Below, in pieces: positions 40,395 to 52,133 of a stretch of DNA of 64,000 bases; positions within the stretch are counted from its first letter, which is position 1, and the number at the start of each line of letters is the position of its first letter. This DNA comes from Pristiophorus japonicus (lineage: Eukaryota), in assembly GCF_044704955.1 (NCBI RefSeq), contig NC_091999.1:57040001-57104000 (forward strand), read 5' to 3'. The translations under genes and the position numbers were made by a program. A model generated the notes under the pieces. That model saw nothing but the letters and a program-made list of their open reading frames with translations, was not told where the DNA came from and searched no databases.

Positions 40395-42505
40395 ATCTAT
40401 CTGTACTTCTATCTAATATTGCACTAGACCCTGTTCCTGTTTATATTACATTATAACCAGTCACTGTTTATATTACACAAGATCCTGTCTCTGTTTATAT
40501 TACACTAGACCCTGTCCCTGTTTATATTACCCTAGACCCTGTCCCTGTTTATATTACCCTAGACTCTGTCCCTGATTATATTACGCTACACCCTGTCTCT
40601 GCTTATATTACACTAGACGCTGCCTCTGTTAATATTGTACTAAACCCTGCCCCAGTTTATATTACACTAGACCCTGTCTCTCTTTTCAATTACACTAGAT
40701 ACTGTATCTGTTTATAATTATCTAGACACGATCCCTGTTTATATTACACTAGACCATGTCTCTATTTAAATTACAGTAGAATTTGTCCCTCTGTATATTA
40801 TACTAGACCCTGTATAGAAACATAGAAACATAGAAAATAGGTGCAGGAGAAGGCCATTCGGCCCTTCTAGCCTGCAACGCCATTCAATGAGTTCATGGCT
40901 GAACATGCAACTTCAGTACCCCATTCCTGCTTTCTCACCATACCCCTTGATTCCCCTAGTAGTAAGGACTTCATCTCACTCCTTTTTGAATATATTTAGT
41001 GAATTGGCCTCAACAACTTTCTCTGGTAGAAAATTCCACAGGTTCACCACTCTCTGGGTGAAGAAATTCCTCCTCATCTCGGTCCTAAATGGCTTCCCCC
41101 TTATCCTTAGACTGTGTCCCCTGGTTCTGGACTTCCCCAACATTGGGAACATTCTTCCTGCATCTAACCTGTCTAACCCCGTCAGAATTTTAAACGTTTC
41201 TTTGAGGTCCCCTCTCATTCTTCTGAACTCCAGTGAATACAAGGCCAGTTGATCCAATCTTTCTTGATAGGTCAGTCCCGCCATCCCGGGAATCAGTCTG
41301 GTGAACCTTCGCTGCACTCCCTCAATAGTAAGAATGTCCTTCCTCAGGTTAGGAGACCAAAACTGTACACAATACTCCAGGTGTGGCCTCACCAAGGCCC
41401 TGTACAATTGTAGCAACACGTCCCTGCTCTTGTACTCAAATCCCCTCGCTATGAAGGCCAACATGCCATTTGCTTTCTTAACCGCCTGCTGTACCTGCAT
41501 GCCAACCTTCAATGACTGATGTACCATGACACCCAGGTCTCTTTGCACCTCCCCTTTTCCTAATCTGTCACCATTCATATAATAGTCTGTCTCTCTGTTT
41601 TTACCACCAAAGTGGATAACCTCACATTTATCCACATTATTCTTCATCTGCCATGCATGTGCCCACTCACCTAACCTATCCAAGTCGCTCTGCAGCCTCA
41701 TAGAATCCTCCGTGCAGCTCACACTGCCACCCAACTTAGTGTCATCCGCAAATTTGGATTTACTACATTTAATCCCATCGTCTAAATCATTAATGTACAG
41801 TGTAAACAGCTGGGGCCCCAGCACAGAACCTTGCGGTACCCCACTAGTCACTGCCTGCCATTCTGAAAGGTCCCCATTTACTCCTACTCTTTGCTTCCTG
41901 TCTGACAACCAGTTCTCAATCCATGTCAGCACACTACCCCCAATCCCATGTGCTTTAACTTTGCACATTAATCTCTTGTGTGGGACCTTGTCGAAAGCCT
42001 TCTGTAAGTCCAAATATACCACATCAACTGGTTCTCCCTTGTCCACTCTACTGGAAACATCCTCAAAAAATTCCAGAAGATTTGTCAAGCATGATTTCCC
42101 TTTCGCAACTCCATGCTGACTTGGACCTATCATATTACCTCTTTCCAAATGCACTGCTATGACATCCTTAATAATCGATTCCATCATTTTACCCACTACC
42201 GATGTCAGGCTGACCGGTCTGTAATTCCCTGTTTTCTCTCTCCCTCCTTTTTTAAAAAGTGGGGTTACATTGGCTACCCTCCACTCCATAGGAACTGATC
42301 CAGATTCAATGGAATGTTGGAAAATGACTGTCAATGCATCCACTATTTCCAAGGCGACGTCCTTAAGTACTGACCCTGTCTCTTTTTACATTAAACTGAA
42401 TGCTGTCTCTGTTTTTTTACACTCGGCCCAGTCTCTGTTTATATTACGCCAGGCACTGTCTCTGTTTATATTATCCTCGACACTGTCTCTCTTTTTATTA
42501 CACAG
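40395..42505 (-). repeat. 27-bp minisatellite in inverted orientation, split by a CR1 insertion
   Basis: TATTACACTAGACCCTGTCTCTGTTTA units (reverse complement of the upstream arrays) at 40395-40813 and 42372-42505. Confidence 0.88.
40814..42371 (-). mobile_element. Young 5'-truncated CR1 (RT domain)
   Basis: 458-aa RT ORF at 40976-42352. Tail ATAGAAACATAGAAAC at 40814. GACCCTGT flanks at 40806-40813 and 42372-42379 (possible TSD). Confidence 0.93.
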
Positions 42506-43354
42506 ATCATCTTTCATTTTCAAATATATATCATTTCCCGATTTGAAAGTTATAATTGAATCTGCTGCCATCACCCTTTAAGACAATACATTCCAGGTTA
42601 TTACAACTCGCTGCATAAAAAATCTCCTTATCTCCCATCTTTTATTTATTTTATCAATCATCTTAATCTTTGTCCTCTGGTTAGTCCTGCCGATGGAAAC
42701 CCTACCTTCCTATCAACACTATGAAACCCCTTCACAATTTTGAAAACCTCTGTTAATTCCGCCCTAAGCATTCCCTGCTATAATAAGAATAATCCCATCC
42801 TCTCTCGTGTCTACATAATTGAACTCCCTCATGCCTTGCAGCAATCTCCTCTGCATCCTCGGCAACAGCCCGACAATCTTCCTAAAGTGTGCATTGAAAT
42901 AATGCTATCTTTCTTTGCCCTTCAGATTATTTCGAAGGGTACATGCTCCTTTCAAATTTGACTAACTGAGAAGTAATCTGAGCATTAATTATATTGTTAA
43001 AATGCTATTACTTGTGTTGACAATGCAGACGGTGACTGAAATGCTCAGCAACATCCGTCTCCACATGACTCATCTTTCAATATGATCACTGACGCCACCT
43101 GCTGATAAAGGATATCAGCTGTAGGCCCCAGAGCTTAATTTAAACATGATTCACAATTCCAACCACTATAACGTACTTGAACGTTTACGCAGAGGATTTG
43201 TTTTTAGAGCGAACCACAAGAGGTGCAGATGATCAAAAAGTATCAAGGGCGGAATTTGCAAAATGATTTTGCAAATTCACCTTCAGTTCATAATACAGAG
43301 CCGTCAGATTAGATAAACTTCCATAATGAATAAAAACCTGACAGGAAAAATGGT

Positions 43355-44140
43355 GCAAATGTGGCTAACAAAGGAAATTAAAGATAGTATTCAATTAATT
43401 GAACTTGCGTAGAATGTTGACAAAACCAGTAGTAATCCCGAAAATTGGGAAGATATTAGAATTCTGCAAAAGATGCACATGCAACTGATAATATGGGAGA
43501 AAATATAAAATTAAATAAGCTATCAAAAACCTAAAAACAGACTGTTTGTACTTCTACACGTGTATAGAAAGATGACTTAAATTAGTGTACTTTACAAAAC
43601 AAAGTTAGGTAGGACAGTAAACAGTGAGGAGCAAGTAAGGAGGCCGCAAAGGCATATTGACAAGGTAGGTGAGTGGGCAAGGACATGACAGATTGAATAT
43701 AATGTGGAGAAGTGTGAAGTTACGCATTTTGATAGGACAAATAGAAACGCAGAATATTTTTTGGATGCTGTGAAAGTGGGTAATGTTGCTACTCAGAAAG
43801 ACCTGGATGGGCTTGTACACGAATCACAGAAAGCTAACATAGAGACAAAGTGACCAATTAGGAAAGCAAATGGTAAGCAACATTTTATTGCAAAAGGATT
43901 GGAGTATTAGAGCAAAGAAGCCTTTATGCACTTCAATAGGGCGCTGCTGAGACTACACCTGGTGTATTGTGTGCAGTTTATTTCTCCTAAACTAAGGAAG
44001 GATATACTTGCCTTAGAGGGAGTGCATCAAAGGTGCATCAGCCTGATTCCTGGGATGGCGGAGCAGGGGTCGGGGGGGTGGGGCGGCGGCTGTCCTATGA
44101 GGAGAGATTGTGTATCTAAGGACCATATTTTCTAGAAAAT
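43355..44140 (+). mobile_element. Degenerate CR1 fragments
   Basis: ORF 43926-44135 (LHLVYCVQFISPKLRKDILALEGVHQR) and upstream RT-like remnants. Confidence 0.7.
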
Positions 44141-44745
44141 CAGAACATAAGAACATAAGAATTGGGAGCAGGAGTAGGCCATACGGTTCCTCGAGCATGT
44201 CCCATCATTCAACGGGATCATAGCTGAACTTCTACCTCAACTGCACTTCCGTGCACTATCCACATATCTAAATGGAAACATATGCAGGGCTTCGGAGAAA
44301 GGGCGTGGGTTTGGCACAATTGTACAAAGTACTTCAAATGTGGTATCACCAAGTTTAGCATAACTTTTGCACTTTTCAATTCTATCCCTCTAGAAATAAA
44401 CCCGCGTGCATGTTTCCTTCTTTTTATGGTATTATTAATTGTGTTGCTACTTTTAATGATGTGTGTATTTGCACTCTCAGAGACTTTGGTTCCTCCATCT
44501 CACTAGGATTCTTATTTTATAAGTGATAAGTGACCTTATTTTTCTTACCAAAACATAATACCTCATAATTATCTGTGTTGAAATTAATTAGTCAATTCAT
44601 GCATTCTTGCAATTCGTAGCAGTGTTCCACAGTATTTAAACCCCGACCCGCCCCCCACTCGTGCATTTGAAAATTTAGAAATTGTGTTTTCGACTCCAAA
44701 ATCTAAATCATTAATATAAAATGTGAACAGTCGTAGACCCAGCAC

Positions 44746-44998
44746 NNNNNNNNNNNNNNNNNNNNNNNNNNNNNNNNNNNNNNNNNNNNNNNNNNNNNNN
44801 NNNNNNNNNNNNNNNNNNNNNNNNNNNNNNNNNNNNNNNNNNNNNNNNNNNNNNNNNNNNNNNNNNNNNNNNNNNNNNNNNNNNNNNNNNNNNNNNNNNN
44901 NNNNNNNNNNNNNNNNNNNNNNNNNNNNNNNNNNNNNNNNNNNNNNNNNNNNNNNNNNNNNNNNNNNNNNNNNNNNNNNNNNNNNNNNNNNNNNNNNN
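44746..44998. other. Assembly gap (N run)
   Basis: Ns. Confidence 0.99.
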
Positions 44999-46407
44999 CG
45001 GTACTGATACTCCAGCTGACTGCCACTACTGACATTGTATCTGAGACATTGGATATATTTCCTTTCCTGGGATATGGGAACAGTTACACACATTTACATG
45101 TCGAAAAAAATTAAACTTAACTCCAGTACTGTTACTGGGCAGATGTGTATAAAAATGTGTATTTTGATAATGTAAAGGTTTTAAAGTTGGCTTCCAGGTA
45201 TGCGGTCAGTAGTGAGAAAACAGACCTTTGATGGACTGCACAGAACCCCACATGCTTCATGTAAATGACACTGGTGTTCGATGCTCGCTGACGGCAGTCG
45301 GTTGGGTTACTGCCAAAAGTTGTGTGATTCAGATTAGCGTGAACAAGAATGGGAGAAAGATCGTATTTAACTGTTTGAACATTAAATTATTCAGTAGCAC
45401 TTTTAAAACAAGAAACATTTTACATGGTATAACATCTCGAGAATGATTGTCCGTAAATTTCATGCTCACCATTTTATAAAATAGGATTGGAAAATAATGA
45501 ATTGATCCACACGGTATCGACTGTAAACTATTTCCAAATAAAGACCATTCTAGACATCCAGTCCCGTTAATCAGTACAGCATGAAGTACTGGAGTGAGGT
45601 TTAATGGCCCCACCCTACACTGCAGAGAGATGAGTGAGATTCGCAAAGTAACTAAAACAGATTTAATTGCTTTGAATATTCTCACAGAGAAGTGCCAGCT
45701 GCACTTCTTTAATATTCTCACAGAATTCTGCGCCTGGTCTAAACTAATGTCTCCATTATTCCTCATTAGTAGCCGCGCAGTGTGCGGTGTAATTTGAGCT
45801 GATTTGGATCCCTGAATAACCCCTCTCATAGCCCGGCTACCATTGGGTTGTGAAATGCCCAGATTGTGATCTGTTTCTGCTGGAGATGAAGCATTTGTTC
45901 CTGTGATATTCTGTAACATACCGCTATGTCCTGATACACCGTGTTCCTGTTACCCGTGTCTGTTACACATTCGGTCGCTGTTAAAGTTAGCTGCAAGGGT
46001 TTGGATGTCGAGGTTTGCTGATCACATTATCGGTTCTGATTCACAAGTTTCTCTCATAAAACACTGGTCAGAAGCGGGCACACCTTTCTTATGTGTCTCC
46101 TTCAACATCTGTGCTTAGTGATCAGGCAAGCGGATTCATTTTACAGCTAATTTTATAAAGGACTGTCTGGGGTTCGCAGACTAATGGGCAGTTAGTGAAA
46201 TGCAATGAGAATAAATTGTATAATGTGAGAAGTATGATCTCATCTCCAGACCAAAAGTGTGTAGCTTTAGCCAAGTGCACCGTAAATAGAATCACATTAC
46301 ATAGAAACATAGACACATAGAAACATAGAAAATAGGTGCAGGAGTAGGCCATTCGGCCCTTCTAGCCTGCACCGCCATTCAATGAGTTCATGGCTGAACA
46401 TTCAACT

Positions 46408-49312
46408 TCAGTACCCCATTCCTGCTTTCTCGCCATACCCCTTGATCCCCCTAGTAGTAAGGACCTCATCTATCTCCTTTTTGAATATATTTAGGGAATT
46501 GGCCTCAACAACTTTCTATGGTAGAGAATTCCACAGGTTCACCACTCTCTGGGTGAAGAAGTTCCTCCGCATCTCGGTCCTAAATGGCTTACCCCTTATC
46601 CTTAGACTGTGACCTCTGGTTATGGACTTCCCCAACATTGGGAACATTCTTCCTGCATCTAACCTGTCTAACCCCGTCAGAATTTTAAATGTTTGTATGA
46701 GGTCCCCTCTCATTCTTCTGAACTCCAGTGAATACAAGCCCAGTTGATCCAGTCTTTCTTGATAGGTCAGTCCCGCCATCCTGGGAATCAGTCTGGTGAA
46801 CCGTCGCTGCACTCCCTCAATAGCAAGAATGTCCTTTCTCAGGTTAGGAGACCAAAACTGTACACAATACTCCAGGTGTGGCCTCACCAATGCCCTGTAC
46901 AACTGTAGCAACACATCCCTGCCCCTGTACTCAAATCCCCTTGCTATGAAGGCCAACATGCCATTTGCTTTCTTAACCGCCTGCTGCACCTGCATGCCAA
47001 CCTTCAATGACTGATGTACCATGACACCCAGGTCTTTTTGCACCTCCCCTTTTCCTAATCTGTCACCATTCAGATAATAGTCTGTCTCTCTGTTTTTACC
47101 ACCAAAGTGGATAACCTCACATTTATCCACATTATACTTCATGTGCCATGCATTTGCCCACTCACCTAACATATCCAAGTCGCTCTCCAGCCTCACAGCA
47201 TCCTCCTCGCAGCTCACACTGCCACCCAACTCAGTGTCATCCGCAAATTTGGAGATACTACATTTAATCCCCTCATCTAAATCATTAATGTACAGTGTAA
47301 ACAGCTGGGGCCCCAGCACAGAACCTTGCGTTACCCCACTAGTCACTGCCTGCCATTCTGAAAAGTACCCATTTACTCCGACTCTTTGTTTCCTGTCTGA
47401 CAACCAGTTCTCAATCCATGTCAGTACACTACCCCCAATCCCATGTGCTCTAACTTTGCGCATCAATCTCTTGTGTGGGACCTTGTCGAACGCCTTCTGA
47501 AAGTCCAAATATACCACATCAACTGGTTCTCCCTTATCCACTCTACTGGAAACATCCTCAAAAAATTCCAGAAGATTTGTCAAGCATGATTTCCCTTTCA
47601 CAAATCCATGCTGACTTGGACCTATCATGTCACCTCTTTCCAAATGCACTGCTGTGACATCCTTAATAATTGATTCCATCATTTTACCCACTACCGATGT
47701 CAGACTGACCGGTCTATAATTCCTTTTTTCTCTCTCCTTCCTTTTTTAAAAAGTGGGGTTACATTGGCTACCCTCCACTCCATAGGAACTGATCCAGAGT
47801 CAATGGAATGTTAGAAAATGACTGTCAACGCATCCACTATTTCCAAGGCCACCTCCTTAAGTACTCTGGGATGCAGTCCATCAGGCCCTGGGGATTTATC
47901 GGCCTTCCATCCCATCAATTTCCCCAACACAATTTCCCGGCTAATAAGGATTTCCCCCAGATCCTCCTCCTTACTAGACTCCCCGACCCCTTTTTTAACC
48001 GGAAGGTTGTTCGTGTCCTCCTTCGTGAATACCGAACCAAAGTACTTGTTCAATTGGTCCGCCATTTCTTTGTTCCCCGTTATGACTTCCCCTGATTCTG
48101 ACTGTAGGGGACCTACGTTTGTCTTTATGAACCTTTTTCTCTTTACATATCTATAGAATCTTTTGCAATCCGTCGTAATGTTCCCTGCAAGCTTCTTCTC
48201 ATACTCCATTTTCCCTGCCCTAATCAAACCCTTTGTCCTCCTCTGCTGAGTTCTAAATTTCTCCCAGTCCCCAGATTCGCTGCTATTATTGGCCAATTTG
48301 TATGCCACTTCCTTGGCTTTAATACTATCCCTGATTTCCCTTGATAGCCACGGTTGAGCCACCTTCCCTTTTTTATTTTTATGCCAGACATGAATGTACA
48401 ATTGTTGTAGTTCATCCATGCGGTCTCTAAATGTCTGCCATTGCCCATCCACAGTCAACCCCTTAAGTATCATTCGCCAATCCATCCCAGCCAATTCACG
48501 CCTCATAACTTCAAAGTTAGCCTTCTTTAAGTTCTGGACCATGGTCTCTGAATTAACTGTTTTATTCTCAATACCAATGCAGAATTCCACCATATTATGG
48601 TCACTCTTCCCCAAGGGGCCTCGCACAACGAGATTGCTAATTAACCCTCTCTCATTACATAACACCCAGTCTAATATGGCCTCCCCCCTAATTGGTTCCT
48701 CGACATATTGGTCTAAAAAACCATCCCTTATGCACTCCAGAAAATCCTTCTCCACCGTATTGCTTCCAGTTTGGTTAGCCCAATCTATGTGCATATTAAA
48801 GTCACCCATTATAACTGCTGCACCTTTATTGCACGCACCCCTAATTTCATGTTTGATGCCTCCCCAACATCACTACTACTGTTTGGAGGTCTGTACACAA
48901 CTCCCACTAACGTTTTTTGCCCTTTAGTGTTCTGCAGCTCTACCCATATAGATTCCACATCATCCAAGCTAATGTCCTTCCTACCTATTGCCTTAATCTC
49001 CTCCTTAACCAGCAATGCTACCCCACCTCCTTTTTCTTTTATTCTATCCTTCCTGAATGTTGAATACCCCTGGATGTTGAGTTCCCAGCCCTGATCATCC
49101 TGGAGCCACGTCTCCGTAATCCCAATCACATCATATTTTTTAACATCTATTTGCACAGTTAATTCATCCACCTTATTGCGGATACTCCTTGCATTAAGAC
49201 ACAAAGCCTTTAGGCTTGTTTTTTTAACACCCTCTGTCCTTTTAGAATTTTGCTGTACAATGGCCCTTTTTGTTCTTTGCCTTGGGTTTCTCTGCCCTCC
49301 ACTTTTCCTCAT
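46408..49312 (-). pseudogene. CR1 ORF2 (APE-RT) with premature stops and frameshifts
   Basis: Split into ORFs 48809-49312, 47811-48809 and 46516-47691. In-frame stops at 47811 and 46516. Confidence 0.9.
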
Positions 49313-49389
49313 CTCCTTTCTGTCATATGTTTTTGCCTCCTTTTTGTTTCCCTCTATTTCCCTGCATTGGTTCCCATCCCCCTGCCATA

Positions 49390-50337
49390 TTAGTTGAACT
49401 CCTCCCCAACAGCACTAGCAAACACTCCCCCGAGGACATTGGTTCCGGTCCTGCCCAGGTGCAGACCGTCCGGTTTGTACTGGTCCCACCTCCCCCAGAA
49501 CCGGTTCCAATGCCCCAGGAATTTGAATCCCTCCCTGCTGCACCATTGCTCAAGCCACGTATTCATCTGAGCTCTCCTGCGATTCCTACTCTGACTAGCA
49601 CGTGGCACTGGTAGCAATCCCGAGATTACTACTTTTGAGGTCCTACTTTTTAATTTAGCTCCTAGCTTCTTAAGTTCATTTCGTAGGAACTCATCCCTTT
49701 TTTTACCTATGTCTTTGGTACCAACGTGCACCACGACAACTGGCTGTTCTCCCTCCCTTTTTAGAATGTCCTGCACCCGCTCCGAGACATCCTTGACCCT
49801 TTCACCAGGGAGGCAACATACCATCCTGGAGTCTCGGTTGCGACCGCAGAAACGCCTATCTATTCCCCTTACAATTGAATCCCCTATCACTATCGCTCGC
49901 CCACTCTTTTTCCTGCCCTCCTGTGCAACAGAGCCAGCCACGGTGCCATGAACTTGGCTGCTGCTGCCCGCTCCTGATGAGTCATCCCCCTCAACAGCAC
50001 TCAAAGCAGTGTATCTGTTTTGCAGTGGGATGACCACAGGGGACCCCTGCACTACCTTCCTTGCACTACTCTTCCTGCTGGTCTTCCATTCCCTCGCTGG
50101 CTGTGGACCCTTCTCCTGCGGTAAGACCAACTCGCTACACGTGATACTCACGTCGTTCTCAGCATCGTGGATGCTCCAGAGTGAATCCACCTTCAGCTCC
50201 AACTCCGCAACGCGGACCGTCAGTAGCCGGAGGTGGACACACTTTCCGCACATGTAGTCGTCAGGGACACTGGTTTTGTCCCCGTGTTCCCACATGGTAC
50301 AGGAGGAGCATATCACGTGACCGAGCTGTCCTGCCAT
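49390..50337 (-). CDS. CR1 ORF1p: N-terminal Cys zinc-finger/coiled coil plus SGNH/GDSL-type esterase domain
   Basis: 315-aa ORF with CSSC...CGKC, heptad LRLLTVRVAELELKVDSL, GDSIVRG, HVGTKDI and DGLHL. Confidence 0.88.
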   Translation of the reverse strand: MAGQLGHVICSSCTMWEHGDKTSVPDDYMCGKCVHLRLLTVRVAELELKVDSLWSIHDAENDVSITCSELVLPQEKGPQPAREWKTSRKSSARKVVQGSPVVIPLQNRYTALSAVEGDDSSGAGSSSQVHGTVAGSVAQEGRKKSGRAIVIGDSIVRGIDRRFCGRNRDSRMVCCLPGERVKDVSERVQDILKREGEQPVVVVHVGTKDIGKKRDEFLRNELKKLGAKLKSRTSKVVISGLLPVPRASQSRNRRRAQMNTWLEQWCSREGFKFLGHWNRFWGRWDQYKPDGLHLGRTGTNVLGGVFASAVGEEFN

Positions 50338-50517
50338 GACTCAACCCTTAGATACACTTAAATTGCCGACAACAATGTTAAAAGTTACTGACTAAAAAGA
50401 AAAAGAAAAACTACTCACCAATCAGCAGCCAATCACTTCCCACGTTGGCTGTGACGTCACCTATTGATTTCTTTCTACTTCTTTTTTGACTTCTCTCAGC
50501 TGGAGCTGCACAAGTAC

Positions 50518-50697
50518 GCCTCTCTCGACTCCCGCCTCTCTCGACGCTCCCCGGACTGCTGAGCCTTTTATAGGCCGCTGCCTCTCTCGACTCCCGCGTC
50601 TCTCGACGCTCCCCGGACTGCTGAGCCTTTTATAGGCCGCTGCCTCTCTCGACTCCCGCGTCTCCCGACGCTCCCCGGACTGCTGAGCCTTTTATAC
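50518..50697 (-). repeat. ~62-bp tandem monomer array (3 copies) in the CR1 5' UTR
   Basis: Unit GCCTCTCTCGACTCCCGCGTCTCTCGACGCTCCCCGGACTGCTGAGCCTTTTATAGGCCGCT. CRE TGACGTCA at 50452-50459. Confidence 0.9.
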
Positions 50698-50904
50698 CCA
50701 TCTTTTATACCCATCTCCCGCACTCGGTTACATAGAGTGATAACAATTCAGATTATAGGGGATACTTTATTGGTACAGATGCATGGATATATAGCAGGAT
50801 ATGGAGAAACACAAACTGGCCGTGTCTTTAGAACCTGATAATGTATTTCAATCTCAGAGATTCACGACCCTGTGAAGCAGTGAGGAAATAAATTGATTTT
50901 ATTT

Positions 50905-51030
50905 ACAGTCCAGATGTGAGTCCATTCTGTTGGTGATGTGGAAGGAGTGACGTGGACCCAGAATCCGCCTCTATCAGGGAATCAACGGGCGGCGCCTGTA
51001 ACCTCGCCCCCACCTCCCGGGTATTTAACT
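50905..51030 (+). promoter_or_regulatory. VH promoter: E-box, CRE/TCR-decamer-like elements, TATA-like box, no octamer
   Basis: CAGATG 50911-50916, GGTGATGTGG ~50932-50941, AGTGACGTGG 50946-50955, TATTTAA 51022-51028 (about 95 bp before the ATG). No ATGCAAAT/ATTTGCAT seen, consistent with known elasmobranch VH promoters. Confidence 0.65.
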
Positions 51031-51120
51031 GCCGGTCACTGGGACCGCAATACAACAGTCTGGGAGTGCGTTTGCCCAGTGAGTTCTTGCCGAAATCATT
51101 CACCACACATTGCCAGGAGG

Positions 51121-51166
51121 ATGAGGTCGGCTATTTCTCTCAGTCTGTTGCTGGCTTTCTTTTCCC
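51121..51166 (+). CDS. IGHV: IgM VH leader exon
   Basis: ATG...MRSAISLSLLLAFFS, then a phase-1 donor C|GTGAGT. Typical shark IgM VH signal peptide. The 125-bp intron ends TTTCTACAG at 51291. Confidence 0.95.
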
Positions 51167-51291
51167 GTGAGTAGTTTTTATTGTCCAAGTCTTTCATTGT
51201 TCCTGTCTCAGTGTTAGTCTCTCTGGAATGTTACAGAATTAGGAATCGTTTCACCAGGATTGATCCTCGGGGTTTCTGATTATTTCTACAG

Positions 51292-51596
51292 GTGTCCAGT
51301 CGGATATGGTGTTGACTCAGCCCGAGGCAGAGACCAGGATTCCCGGGGGCTCCCTGAGACTGACCTGTCAAACCAGCGGCTTAGATCTTGGTGGCAGCTA
51401 CATGTACTGGGTCCGCCACGTTCCCGGACAGGGGCTGGAGTGGCTGATTAGATATTACAGTTCATCGGACAAGCATTACACCCCGGGGACTGAGGGCCGA
51501 TTTACTGTGTCCAAAGATACTTCAAGCAACATCTTCGCGTTGGACATGAAGAAACTGCGGAGCGAAGACACCGCCATCTATTACTGTGCAAGGCAC
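51292..51596 (+). CDS. IGHV: Unrearranged IgM VH segment (end of leader + V domain)
   Basis: (R)[101 protein letters not shown]. Canonical Cys, Trp and YYC, no stops. Confidence 0.97.
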
Positions 51597-51635
51597 CACA
51601 GCGAGAGGAACCAGGGCTGGACCCGTACAAGAACA
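51597..51635 (+). promoter_or_regulatory. V recombination signal sequence, 23-bp spacer
   Basis: Heptamer CACAGCG (51597-51603), 23-nt spacer, nonamer ACAAGAACA (51627-51635). Confidence 0.93.
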
Positions 51636-52040
51636 GATCGAGGGGGAATTCAATAACGTCCATCATAACCTGACGGTCAGTAATTGTGTCAAATGCAATG
51701 ATAACGGCATTGTTCAAAACCAGACCACAAACCGCTTCTTACAAAACTAAGACACTGATAATTCAATGGTGAAAATATAACACTGTAACCAATGTACTGA
51801 GGGAGGTTTCGGTTGTGCTCCTGCTTAATGTTAACAGTGTCAACAATTGCCCAGCTGGACATGATGCTCGATTCACTGTGCCTGATACCTGCAGGGAGCT
51901 GGTGAGAACTGTGTTCTCCTTCTATTTGTTCTACAAACTGTTGGCTAAATTCTAAACTTGATAAGAAGCGAATTTGTATTTGAAGTGCATGTGTATTTCG
52001 AATGAATGTTGAGAATCAGTACTGAGCAGAGACTGAATGC

Positions 52041-52068
52041 AATATTTGTACGGGTTCCTATCACTGTG
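52041..52068 (-). promoter_or_regulatory. Recombination signal sequence, 12-bp spacer (D1-type 5' RSS)
   Basis: Nonamer AATATTTGT (52041-52049), 12-nt spacer ACGGGTTCCTAT, heptamer CACTGTG (52062-52068). Confidence 0.88.
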
Positions 52069-52133
52069 GGACCACGGGAATAAGGACGCCATGGGCTACT
52101 GGGGACCAGGGACCATGGTGACGGTGATTGCAG
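52069..52133 (+). CDS. IGHJ: Joined D(D)-JH segment
   Basis: G-GAC CAC GGG AAT AAG GAC GCC ATG GGC TAC TGG GGA CCA GGG ACC ATG GTG ACG GTG ATT GCA G|GTAAG = DHGNKDAMGYWGPGTMVTVIA. WGxG motif, phase-1 donor, and 31 nt between the heptamer and the Trp codon. Confidence 0.88.

Larger units (their letters stand above)
46306..50727 (-). mobile_element. Full-length CR1 LINE with 9-bp target-site duplication
   Basis: TTACATAGA at 46297-46305 and 50728-50736. Contains a 3' tail, ORF2 pieces, an intact ORF1 and a 5' UTR monomer array. Confidence 0.94.

Noticed and set aside
45329-45919. 196-aa minus-strand ORF upstream of the cluster
   Set aside because: No recognisable domain or supporting gene structure.
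51874-51880. CACTGTG between V and DJ, a possible hidden D segment RSS
   Set aside because: No nonamer-like sequence at 12 or 23 bp upstream (AGCTGGACA, AACAATTGC) and no downstream CACAGTG partner.
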